Below, piece after piece: positions 52,386 through 64,000 of a stretch of 64,000 nucleotides of DNA. The position numbers and the translations under genes were made by a program. Position 1 is the first letter of the stretch; each line of letters starts with the position of its first letter. Source of the DNA: the human T2T-CHM13v2.0 reference genome, Homo sapiens; the NCBI RefSeq assembly GCF_009914755.1, contig NC_060937.1; one strand, given 5' to 3'. The notes under the pieces were generated by a model. The model had not been told where the DNA came from. It saw nothing but the letters and a program-made list of their open reading frames with translations, and ran no database searches.

Positions 52386-52700
52386 GGCCAGGAGCAATGG
52401 CTCACCCCTGTAATCCCAGCACTTTAGGAGGCCAAGGCGGGCGATCACCTGAGGTCAGGAGTTCAAGACCAGCCTGGCCAACATGATAAAACCCTGTCTC
52501 TACTAAAAATAAAAAATTAGCTGGATGTGGTGGTAGGTGCCTGTAATCACAGCTACTGGGAGGCTGAGGCAGGACAATCACTTGAACCCGAGAGGTGGAG
52601 GTTGCAGTGAGCTGAGATCATGCAATTGTACTCTAGCCTGGGCAACAAGAGCGAAACTTGGTCTCAAAAAAAAAAAAAATTAAAATACATACATACATGC
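52386..52700 (+). mobile_element. Full-length AluSq-like
   Basis: 'ggccaggagcaatggctcac..cacctgaggtcaggagttc..ggcaacaagagcgaaact..' with polyA/(TACA)n tail. Confidence 0.95.
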
Positions 52701-52759
52701 ATACAATGGAAGGAATCTCAAATCACTGCCTGCTCTTGTAGCTCCTTGCCTGTCTGAAG

Positions 52760-53575
52760 GAACTCCCTGATCCACTCCTCCTTACTTGCCTCATAACTGC
52801 TTTATATCTTTCAAGGTTGAGTTTTGTTTATCTTCTTGGAAAGCTTTTCTTGACATCCCACCTCAATCAGAATTAGATGTCCCTACTTTGTGCCTTTTAT
52901 TATAGTGCTTATATGGAAAACATCGAATTATGTATTTGGTTTCCACTATTAAATTGTGAGAAACTCGAGGGCAGAAATTTTGTTTTACTTGTCTCTGCAT
53001 AACTTGTTCTTGGATCTTATAGGTGCTTAATACAATTTAGTTAAAATAATAAAACATATTAAAATTATTGCATTGATAATTTTCTTTCTTGTCTTTTATG
53101 TTATTCTTCCTTTCAGTCTCAGTGGCACACATTATAATGCTGTATCTGTTTCTGGGAACTGAGGTTCTGTATGTATTTCACAACCCTGTGCTTGTGCCTT
53201 TATATATCAGCCCATGATGACCTTGTCCTACATCTCCAAAGACCTAAAGCTAAACATCCTTCTAGCTCAAGTGCAGAGGATTTCTTTATCAGAAATACTT
53301 CTCTGAGATCCCCAACAGAGTAGTCTTCCTATTTTGAATTTCCATGACGATTTTTCTATACGACTTTCATAGTATCTTCTATTTCCTGGATCCTTTGCAG
53401 AGACAGAATTTATATTTCATATACTTTGTATTCCCAAAGAGATATGAGGTGCCCTTGCAATGGACACATACTCAAGATGCATTCAGTGACCTTTTATTGA
53501 GCATTGACTATTTGTCAGGTACTGTGTTCACTGCAAGCTATTCAATAAATATCTACTCAACAAATGGTTCACTCA
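52760..53575 (+). mobile_element. Cluster of L2 3' fragments (mostly +, one short - tail near 53480-53530)
   Basis: 'ggaaagcttttcttgacatccc', 'aaattgtgagaaactcgagggcag', 'catactttgtattccca', 'tttattgagcattgactatttgtcaggtactgtg'. Confidence 0.6.
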
Positions 53576-55664
53576 TCAGTTGCTTTGGAGGAAAACTTCA
53601 GAGTAGCATGATGTGGATGAAAATGTATTCGGAGGCAGAAAAATAAAAGGAAATGAGTCATAAATATATCTTCTGGTAAATTACAGAATTTCACAAAACC
53701 ATTTGTAACCTTGCTTTGTTTATGAAAATCTCCACAAAAACCTAGCAAGCAGTTAGATTCTAAAAGCAGTTTGAAAAAATGATACCCTAGAAGAAATAAA
53801 TGTTTTCCTCAGCATGGAAGGAGTTTTAAAGGGTTTTGTAGTTTGCTCTATAGTTATAAACATGTCTTTTCAGTAATTACACAGTGACTAACTTTGTATT
53901 AAAGCTAAATACTTAACTTGAAGTGTATTTGGTTCTTCAGATTAAGTATAGTCTAGGAAGCTTTGAATGGAAAGCTAAGTATGAGTTATAACAATAAAAA
54001 ATGAAATCTAGTTGGAGTTCTTTCCTTTTATTTAAACATATAATCAGCCTGTATGGTTTTAGTCACATTCACTCCTTTTTCTTATTTCCTTTCAAAAGCA
54101 TTTACTTAAATCAGACTTTTCCCTCATCTCTCCCTTGGTCACCTTGGAGACTCAAGCAAACACACTAACTCTTACTTTCATAAACTCCTTCTCGTTCTTA
54201 CTCCTGGCAAAGTAGAATGCATTTGACCAACTCAACATGGCACATCCATATGGGCTCTGTTTCCACAGCAAAGGGCTTTCATGTTAACTTTCACCAGGAT
54301 ATCTGAAGTTCTACTCACCCTCCAGGGTGAGTAGATAGGGCATCTGAGGACAATCTACTTACAGGCTGAACAAGCAAGGCTCTAGAGAAAAATGATCATT
54401 TGGGGGTCAATTTACTTAGGTATACCAATAATGATGCTCTTATCAATAGTTGTTGAAGGAATGGTGATATACTGGCTGACACAAGTCTTTACTTACTGAC
54501 TTTATCCTCGTTTTCAAGGAGAGACTATAAAAGAACTTTCTGTACAGTATAATGCTTCTCTAGGTACGGTGAATAGACACTTTACTGTTTTCCTATTTAC
54601 TTGTCTAATATTTAGCTAATGTGTGCTTCTTCTGTTTTCTCCTCTGAGGCTTCTTTCTTCTGACAGTCCCCTCAAAAATGAAAGAAATTTCCTATATCAA
54701 GTATCTACTGTTTTCCTTTTGGCTGATTGCTGGTTTTCTCTACTTGGAAGCTAATTTTTAAGAGGCAGGGAGCATGGGTGAAATGTTGTCTGAGCTCTTC
54801 AATGTTGACAAAATAGGGGTGCCAGCACCTTGTTGATAGTTTTATCTCATATACATCTGAAAACCTCCATTTTCAGATAAGTGAACTACAAAGTAAAATA
54901 ACTGCTTCAGTGCTGCATGAGGAGGCCACCTGATGCAAACGGAAAACTTCACAGAGAATGTAAGTCCAGGACAGGGGGCTTGTGCAGAGAAAGTGTTCAG
55001 TGAATGTTTGCTGAATAAATGAATAAATAATGAGGGAACGAGAGCTAACACTGCTGAATACACATGATGGCCATTCATATTTTATAACAGAATCCAGGAC
55101 TGTAAATATCATTAACATCTGGCAGACTGTATCCTGATTAGGTTAATACGGTCTCAGCCACAGTGGTTTGGAGAAATAACTTGTTCTAAACATGTGGCCA
55201 ACTGGGAATATGATTCTCAGTAAAAAGCTAGTCTGTGACTTTGGATCTCCTTTAAAATTTTCTTTAAAAATGATTCTATTTTGTTTATTATTGTAAACAT
55301 CTCTTATTTTTTTCACAAGCAGATGAGAAATATAATTAATTACATGATGTAAAGGCAGAATATGTAAAGAAACGCTGCCTTCTGAGGTTGGCCCCAGAGG
55401 TGAAGCCTGTGGTAGGGATGTGAGCTTCACACAAAGCTCTCGCCACCCCCTTGGGAGTTGTTTGCTATCCCCATTACAGGTTCCAGGTGTGCAGCTTGTT
55501 CTTTAACCTGCTGGTCCAAGTTTTATTCTTGTTTTACTGTAGTTTAACTGAGGTTGAGTGCTTTTCTATATTGATTCCAAAAAATCAGGAATAAAAAGGA
55601 AAAAAATCATAGGAAATATAAGAAATGTGGATAATCCAGAAGATTTGCATCTTGCTCTTCACAT

Positions 55665-55876
55665 CACATATTGGCAAACTTTTTCTATAAAGGGGCAGGT
55701 AGTAAGTATTTCAGACTTGTGGACCATATTGTCTCTTTTGCAACTGCTCAACTTTGTAGTGGTAGTGTGAAAGCAGCCATAGACAATATTCAGATAAGGG
55801 GCTGAATTCCAGTAAAGCTTTAGAAAGACAGGCAGAGCCAAATTTGGCTTGCAGGCCAATAGTTTGCCCACCCCTG
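55665..55876 (+). mobile_element. MER58A-like hAT relic
   Basis: 'ggcaaacttttttctataaagggg'-like start, 'gaaagcagccatagacaata', end 'tagtttgcccacccctg' followed by ctctagat target. Confidence 0.85.
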
Positions 55877-56859
55877 CTCTAGATTGCCAGACCTAATCTA
55901 TTCCCTCAGGCAAAATATATTCATGACAAGTTCCTTCCCTTACTAACTCCATCATCTGAGCATGCCCCTTTGGACACTTGCCTCTCTCAACCTCCAGACG
56001 GATGAGGGAGGTTAAGGATGATGATACCTTGAACTTTTTTTTTGGTCTGAGGTCCTACCTCTTCCCTCTCTTTGTAAAGTCCAAAATATTATAATATGGT
56101 CAGTTATAATGCAAGAATTATAGCATCATCATAAGATGCAAACTCATCTAATTACTAACCAGAGACTCATTTCCTTATGAAATTTTCAGAAACATAATAC
56201 AATTATTCTTCTTACTATTGGATCTGTTGTTTATTCACAGTAGAGAAGGCACATAGGGGCCTATGTTTGCTTTGTGTTTCTCAGTGAATCCTGCATAATG
56301 CAGAAACAGTTTCCTGCTCAGTTCAAAGGCATGTATTGGTACAAAGTCCTGAAAGGAGCTCAATGAAGGATGGGAGAATGGAGTTAGCTATATCACCTCC
56401 ACATATATTCTACCTACATTCCCACATGAGCTGTTATTGGGACTTTTGTACAAAAAATTACCCCTAAAAAGATCTCTCCTTCAGCAGAATGAATCACAAA
56501 GCCCATTTTGCCTCTGCTGTCATTACAACTGAAGAGTCTGGGTCAATTTGGATGAGGTCCTTTTTATTCCTCCCTGTGTTTTTTTGAAGTTCAGAGTGTA
56601 ACTGGACCATGGTGATGCTCAGATAACTTGTAGGATAGTTCATGCAGCTGGTACATGTATGCTGATCTTATTCCAGACAGGCAATCATTAGGTTAGCTCA
56701 TAAGATCATGATGCTCTTCATCAATGGCATGACCTAACAGTGCAGCCTTTGATCTGCACTCCCAACATTGTCTGTTGGATCTGTACATCATACATTATCT
56801 TTTAAATATGCATGTCTGATGTTCCCTATGTCCCATTGGGAAATCTCCTTCATTGTCAT

Positions 56860-57018
56860 TTTTGGGGGCACTTCCTCACTCTGCCACTATACAGTGCTCC
56901 AGGCTCATCTTTTATATTTACTGCCCCAATCCTAGAAGTGACCATTTCTACAAAGATCAATGGTTTCTTTCATTGGATAATGTGGCTGTATTTCAGAAGC
57001 TCTGGATGCAAGGTGTGA
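56860..57018 (-). mobile_element. L1MC/L1MD 3'UTR fragment
   Basis: 'gcacttcctcact..tgctccaggctcatctt..ctgccccaatcctagaa..ccatttct'. Confidence 0.7.
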
Positions 57019-57439
57019 CAAATATCATTTTTCATGTAAGATTACAAGAAGGTGGACTCTCTTTTAAGATCTTCTGTTGAGCAGTGTCTTTTCAACACCT
57101 TTCTTCAGGATCCTGGGGTGGTGGGAGGAAGGTGTGCATTCACAAATTTTAAGGAGTTTCTCAGGAGGCACCATCATTGTTGAGACAGGGCCCTTGCCAA
57201 TGGAACATTTCTCACAGCTGCTTATGAATAAAAACAAAGGAAGGACTGTAAGCTTGAATTCTCTGCAAGCTGCTTCTACCACTGGCCTCAGCATTTAGCA
57301 TGGTCACAGGTGTGACAGTAGGTGGCGAGAGCTGCTTTACGAGACGACTTAGACTTGGAGTCTTTAAATTGAGGTGCTAAGTGAGCCTGCATTTTATATA
57401 CCTAATACTTATTTTGAGCTTTCTGTAACCCAGAAAGGA

Positions 57440-57760
57440 TAGAACTTATGATTGGATTCAACCTCCTGATTTGGTGGTTACTATGGTGATTAGGGTGGGG
57501 CCACAGGAATGAAAGGAATGATGAGTATAATATTATGAAGAAGACTTGGTGACTTATTACATACAGGATAAATGGGAAAAGGAAGAATAAAAAAACAGAA
57601 GAGTTTTCTGGTTAAAAGTGGTTAGTGATACTGTAATAAAAATAGGGACATTGGATATTGATGCAGGTGCCTACCAGAAGGTTGGAAATGTGCATCAGAA
57701 ACTCAGAAAAGAAAATCTGGGTGAATGGATTCAGGAGCTATTTTCACAGACATCGTAATG
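57440..57760 (-). mobile_element. L2 fragment
   Basis: 'gacttggtgactta..gagttttctgg..gttggaaatgtgcatcagaaactcagaaaagaaaatctggg'. Confidence 0.5.
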
Positions 57761-59399
57761 AATTATTTTCTTCCATGGGTCTGACACGTGCCTTGAAAAT
57801 TGTAGTATGTGTGCTGTGAATACTAATATATGGATGCAGTTTTCTTCAAAAAGGGATAATGGGTTGAATATGAAGTTACCTCTAAAGAATCAAACTCAAT
57901 TTATTCACTCATGTTCTTTTAGGATATATGAATGTTAAAATCAAGATCTAAATAGCAACAACAACAAAAAAGACTAGTTCGATAAACTGCCAGACTACAA
58001 AGTTATGAGCATGTGCTCTATGCTAATATGAGAATTGCTGTGATTATAGGAACTCTTAGTAAATTGCATGTTTTAAAAAATATAAATTTCTATTCGTTGA
58101 GAAATGTGAAAGTTATTTTAAGGTTATATTTGTATTACATTTATAAACTATTTTCCTTGAAAGATATAATTCTTATTTTGGGTTACATTTTCATTTTATT
58201 TAAGAGATAGCAGTAGTTAACACTTTATAACCGCAACCATCAGTGTTTCTGGTAAGAGGAATGAATTAAGGGCTGTAGTTACATCTATGCTGATTGTTCA
58301 TGTAAGTTACACTCACTATGAACTGTGGAGAACCAGTAAAGTCTTTTCTGTACCATATGTTTGAAATGTTGGAGGGCAATTTTGATATCAGTACACAAAG
58401 GGAGATAACTGAAAAGTGAAGTTAGGAATTTTACTTCTTTAAATGATATTAACAATTAGGTCCTATGTTCATGGGAAGGAGGTTTCAAGATGACTTTTAT
58501 TTTTCTGGAAGGCATCCCTGAACAGGACCAGGAATGTGGTTTAATTAAGACTATTGAACCCACAATACAGAGAAACTAATTGATCTCTATTCTTTTTGTG
58601 CCCATAATCACGGTCTCTGTCATGTCACTTTCTGCCTATTGATGATGGCACAGAGATGTGAAAAATATTTGACTGCTGCTTCCTTCTGCTGGACATATGG
58701 TAGACATAGTCAAATGCTCATTGGGACTCTGATGGTCCCTGTTGTGGATTCAGAATTCTCTACACAGTGATCTAAATGACTGTAATTGAAATATACAGTA
58801 TAACCTATATCTCTCTTGTGCAAGAAGAAACAGAAACCTGTAGGAATATTGACTATTTTTACTCTGTAGATTTGGAAACTTCCAGTTAGACATCAAAGAC
58901 AGGAATGTTGAGGAAACCGGAGGGTTCTCAGTGCAAACATTTGCTGATTGCACTTTGATTCAATTACTGTAATTTATCTTTGTGCTATCGAGTATTCCTC
59001 TTTAAATATCAGCACGTTAGAATTGATAGTTTAATGGGTTTTTGGAAAAAATCTTGTTAATCAACTTTGTATCATTGCCATTTTTGGAAGAGTCCTATTC
59101 ACATCAGCTTTTGTCATGCTGCCTTCTGGTGCAATGAGTTGGCCTTAAATACGACCATATCTTCAACCCAGGACAATATCAGCCAGAATTTCTCAGTACA
59201 TTAATTACAGTTTGCACATCAATAAAATAGTAAACTGTAAGAAAAGTAGGGAAGAAAACATAGTAACTTGGTGGTGTTCCCCACTGTATAGACTCAACAC
59301 TCTTTCTTCCCCACTTCAAACCAAGGATGGACTCTGGCTTTGACTGGGACAGACCTGAGGCACAGTGCCAAAGGGATCTAGGAGATTCTGTCTTTCCAA

Positions 59400-59530
59400 A
59401 TGTGAATCAGTGTAAATCTGTGGTCAGATGACCTGGGCTTCAGCTCTAGTCTTGGTCTTACCATTAACAAGCTTTTACATGCCTCAATTCCATTATCTAT
59501 AAAATAAAAGTTATATAAATTATTATCTAG
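59400..59530 (+). mobile_element. MIR
   Basis: 'gtcagatgacctgggcttcagctct..gcctcaattccattatctataaaat'. Confidence 0.6.
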
Positions 59531-59829
59531 AATAGGTTATTCTACTTCTGAGTTCCTCTTGCCTTTTTTTTTTTTATACTATTTTCTTTTGGATGGTCCC
59601 TAAGCTCTGAAGTGCAGAAAACTCCCCAGGCCTGAAATTGAGGGATGACGTGAAGCCTTTCCCTGACCTTCCTTCTTATTCCATACAACATAACGGACAT
59701 GTCATGTTTCTTTTTCCACCTTAAAGCCGTGGGAAAGATAAATGTCAATAAATAGAGAAAAGACAAACATGAAAGAGCAAATTTCCAAAAACTGAGAAAT
59801 GAACATGAACAAAACATTTATAGAAGAAT

Positions 59830-60330
59830 AAGTATATGTGAGCATACATGTGGGATTGTGTCAAAGCTCACTAGCCATCAAGGTAATACCAATTTATCAC
59901 CAATATCATTGATAAACACCAAAGTAACATGTATTTTTAAAAATGATAGTAATACTTACTGCTTCCAGGGTAAAAATTGTTAGAATCTTTATGAAAAATA
60001 ATTTAGCAACATGTACCAAGAACCCCTTGAACCCATTGTTTTCCCTTTTAGGATTTATTCAAAGAATCTATTTAGAAAGTTGAATAAATATTTCTGTAAA
60101 AATGTGTTATTAGTAAAAGTGGAAAACTGGAAGCAACATAAAGATGAAACAACAGAGAGTTAAATAGATTATGGCACATCAATGGAATGCCATATGATAT
60201 GGTCATTTACCATGAGCTGTTAAAGAATAATAAATATTAACTTACAAAATAATTATGTAGTATTTACCAGAAGCATATTGTCATTTCAGTTATGTAAGAG
60301 TATGTGTGTGTGTGTGTGTGTGTGTGTGCA
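59830..60330 (+). mobile_element. Old L1ME 3' fragment ending in (TG)13 tract (60303-60328)
   Basis: 'aatttagcaacatgtaccaaga..cttttaggatttattc..aaaactggaagcaacataaa..gttaaatagattatggcacat'. Confidence 0.6.
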
Positions 60331-62249
60331 TGCATATGTGCATGTATGTGTACATGGAAGACAACACATAAACATCAATCACTGTTAAGGAATTAAAAGT
60401 TCTCTCCTGAAAACTATAATATTTATATTATAAATAGTTTATAAATTAATATTTATAATTTCTAAGTACAATTTTTATTTTTAAATTGGTAATACATCAA
60501 ATTATGACGTGCTAAAGAATTTCAGTAAACATATTTTGTCAGATGTTTTTCTAATTTCAAACCATACTAGCACAAAGTGCAGTTTGTTACTACCAGTGAT
60601 GAATTAAGGAAGATATTAAGAGAAGGGAGGAAATTTAAAAAGGAAATAAAAATTTATATTTCTGCCTGGCAAAAAAAGAGAAAAGATCACAAAAAGATGC
60701 TCTTCGTATTTTCCACTCTGGTTTTCTCTCTGGGAGTGAATCATTTTGCCAGCAACATTCAACTGTCAATTGGGATGTCTTTTAGTTGTTAAAGTAGCAT
60801 ACAGTGTGCCTGGCATAATCATTTAGAAGGTTTAATATTCTCTCACATAGTTTCTTTGGAGGAACATAAATATTACTTTAAGCTTGTCGACTTTCCCTTA
60901 ATTTCTAATATAAATATTTAGTATTAATACTTTTCAGTCAAAACTACCCTAATATTGGAAAATGTCATAACTAGTTAAATTCTTAAAAGCAAATGTTTGT
61001 TACTTTGTATTGATTTCTAATTGAGCTTGCATTTGAAACATAGATGTCTTTAACGACATGCTCCCATTACAAGTCAACTGGATGTCTTCACCCCATACCA
61101 TTTTCAATTGTATGGAGTTGCTTATTCTGGGTTTACAGTGACTAATTTTAACTCCAGACCAAATAAAACAAAGAACACTGTAGATCTAAACTATAGTAAC
61201 CCAATCTTGAAATTATTAAAAATACATGAACCAGATGGCAACCCTCCAGGGGTACATTATCTGCCACAGATATCAGATTAGAAATTTCCTTTCATAAGCA
61301 GATTGTTTAATAACACGCATTTTCTAGATCTCCAAAAAAACCCCTGCATTTCAGCAAAATTGACTCAAGGCCAATTACGAAGGGGCCTGACCCAAACCAT
61401 AGGAAATTAAAAATGGATTAGCCAATCTGTAACAAACAGAAGGTTCATTAAATTAATATTAGTATAAAAACTATACACAATACCATCCATGAAATATGTA
61501 TTGCCTTATGAAGACATCATTTTACCTCATTGTCGTTTTAATAACAATGTGTTTTGAACAGTTGATGCATATTGGATGTGAATGTTCTAGCCTAATAAGA
61601 AACTTATGAAGGAACCCAGGTGCTGCAATAAATCCATAAGGTAGCTAGAGGATATTTCAAGACTTTTGGGCTCTCTTTAAGCAAATGAAGTTTTCTCTTC
61701 CCCGTTTGCTAGTGAATAAAACAAGATTACATGCTGAGCCTCTTGCAAAATTCAAACAGGGAGTGGCATGAAATTTTGCCTTCTGATTGAATTCTTTTTC
61801 AGACACACCAGATTACCTCAACTAGATCTCAAGTTCCTCTTTGTGAGTGAGCAGCAGTGATGTAAGTCAGCCCTGGATTCCATCTGAGGATTATTTGTTC
61901 TACCAGTGATTGTTAGTTTGCTTCCTTTTGTGGATCTGTAGTTATTCAATAGGTTTCTGTTTGCTGTGATATAAAGGACTATAACATAAAGCTACTCATT
62001 CTGTCTGTTTGTGCAACTCAAACACAATGGGAACATGCAACCTCTCTTACTCTGCTGAAATATTTTTAAAAAATCAATTTGTACTATATCAACAATGTGA
62101 AGTTCATATATATTTAAAAGAAAGCAAAGCTTGTTCAAATTTCTCCTATTTTTAAAATAGGCTATGAAATATATCTTTTCTCTTGGTAATTGAGTAATTG
62201 TTTCTTTAATATTTTATGTAATGAATGTTTATTGTAAGAAGCTTAAAAG

Positions 62250-63060
62250 AAGAAAAAATTCCTAATGTCTTTCTGCTTTTCTGCCTCACGATATATACTG
62301 AGCATTTTCGTGCCTTTTAAATAGTTTTGTGATAGTACCATTGGTGTTGCATAGTATTTTATAGTATGTGTGTTCTTTATTTTATTTAGACATTTCTCTA
62401 ATAATAAATATGTAGGTTCTTTGTATTTATTTTTGGAATTATTAAATAATAAAATTTTGGTACTTATATTGTTCTTTGTTTCTCTCTATTTTAAATTCCT
62501 AAAGGAAATATTTATGGGTCAAAAGTTCTGAAAATTTCAACTTTTAATACAACTGCTGGGTTTATGGAAAGGCTGTGGAAACTTAACGCTATCATCACAG
62601 TATGTTAAGAATGACAACCATACCATTTCCATGCCAAAATTCTATATGCTATTAAACTATTACTAGTATTTATTAATTGATAATTTTGCTTAATTTTTTT
62701 GAATCAATTTTTTTGATTTATAAGAGTTTATATTCTATTAGCGTAGTTACGGTGACCATTTTTTTCCTTGGTTTGCCGTGTAATATTATGTTAGCTTTTT
62801 ATGTGTTATTAATTTTTTTTAGTAGTTAAATCTACTTATTTTTTTCATTTGTTTGCTTTTGTAGAATAATATTGTGACTTGAAAGCTCTGAACTCTTCAG
62901 ATATCACTTTTCCATGATTTTAATATTTGATTATCTCTTTAATACATATGTAATTTATTCTAATGTGTTTTATGATGTGGGTAGAATATTGATTTTTTTC
63001 AATAGTAAATTTTCCTAACATTCCTAACACCTTTTGTTGAATAGTCCATGTTATGTTTTT
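62250..63060 (-). mobile_element. Old L1ME fragment
   Basis: 'gttgcatagtattttatagtatg', 'ttcctaaaggaaatatttatgggtcaaaag', 'aacacctttttgttgaatagtcc'-like. Confidence 0.55.
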
Positions 63061-64000
63061 TACTCAAAACTTTTAAATAATTCTTGAACAACTTTAATCA
63101 TTTTTCTATAAGCTGAATATTTCTGGGTATCTTGATGAAACCTGATGCCAGATAGAAGGAAACAATCCTGTAACTTAAAGAGCTATGTAAGTTTGCACTA
63201 CATAGGTTGCTTTTGTCGTTTCCTATGTTTATTCTTCTGCTACTTACTGTGTTTATTAACAAATCTAATTTTTAGGTAACTTTAAATTTACAAACCTTCA
63301 ATATATTTACTTTTATTGAGATAAAGCAAAATTCTCCTAATGTAAATCATTTCTAATTGTTGTCTCTTTTCTCCCAGATATAAAAACACTCAGTTGTGTA
63401 CTTTTAGCCTTATTCTTTTTGTCTTTGTAAGTGATATATTTGATCAATGCCATTTGCAAAGGCCTTCACTATGTGTGCATCCAGTTAATCCAGCCAGACA
63501 TTTGAGGAATTGCTCTAGAGATGACTTTATGGATTCGAAAGAATTCCTTATTTTAACTTATTCTGTGATTAGATGTATATCAGAAATGGTGTTTCCAGTA
63601 AAACATCATCCTTAAATAGCATGACAATCAAGGATTTTTTTAAAATGACACAATATATATTGTTTTTAAAATACATACTTTTTGTTTATTAATAAGCTAT
63701 TTTGGACCATTTTCATGCAACCGCTTTTTTCTTTTTGAACTCAGAATTTAATAGAGGTGAAGGAGCAATTGTCTATCAAGCTATAGTTTTTCTTTGCATA
63801 GAACTCTGAAAAGCAGAAAAAGTCAAATTAAATCACTGATTAGGAATAGCTTGAGGTGAAAAGAGTAACATTTTAGGAAGCAATTGAAGCCAAAAGATTG
63901 AAAAACTATAAATGAGAAGAAAGCCTGAGGGTGATTAGGTCAGTATTCTTGTCATAGGGAAATAGTTTTCTTCATTGTCTTTAATAAAATGTGTCTCAGT

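Larger units (their letters stand above)
51187..54206 (+). repeat. Local triplication: copy 1 51187-51331, copy 2 51889-52339, copy 3 53722-54206
   Basis: All three carry 'agtttgaaaaaa(t)..ataccctagaagaaa..cagcat.gaag..tcagtaatta'; copies 2 and 3 align over ~450 bp. Confidence 0.93.

Noticed and set aside
53480-53575. Opposed L2 tails as a possible miR-28-like hairpin
   Set aside because: Only ~8 bp (tttattga/tcaataaa) pair cleanly; no extended stem

Overview
AT-rich primate (human-like) non-coding DNA, roughly half of it recognisable transposon debris. It holds AluJ/AluS/FLAM, one ~3 kb L1PA15/16-type LINE, many old L1M, L2 and MIR fragments, MaLR/ERVL/ERV1 solo LTRs, MER DNA-transposon relics and a near full-length Charlie3 (hAT) fossil nested in an old L1. 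I find no credible protein-coding exon, RNA gene or CRISPR array. The ORF track is explained by decayed L1 ORF2, decayed hAT transposase, Alu, microsatellites and chance. L1 orientation bias hints at an intron of a + strand transcript (inference). The least ordinary features are local rearrangements and structures: (1) a ~260 bp inverted templated duplication (18887-19151 vs 19842-20107) that split a MIR; (2) a locally triplicated ~0.15-0.5 kb apparently non-TE segment at 51.2-54.2 kb; (3) a perfect 12-bp hairpin burying a strong 5' splice site on both strands (54310-54335); (4) a TGACA(G)-rich repeat-free block at 17.6-18.4 kb. I do not see convincing evidence of a new biological system. Repeat subfamily names and boundaries come from memory of consensus sequences and are approximate.
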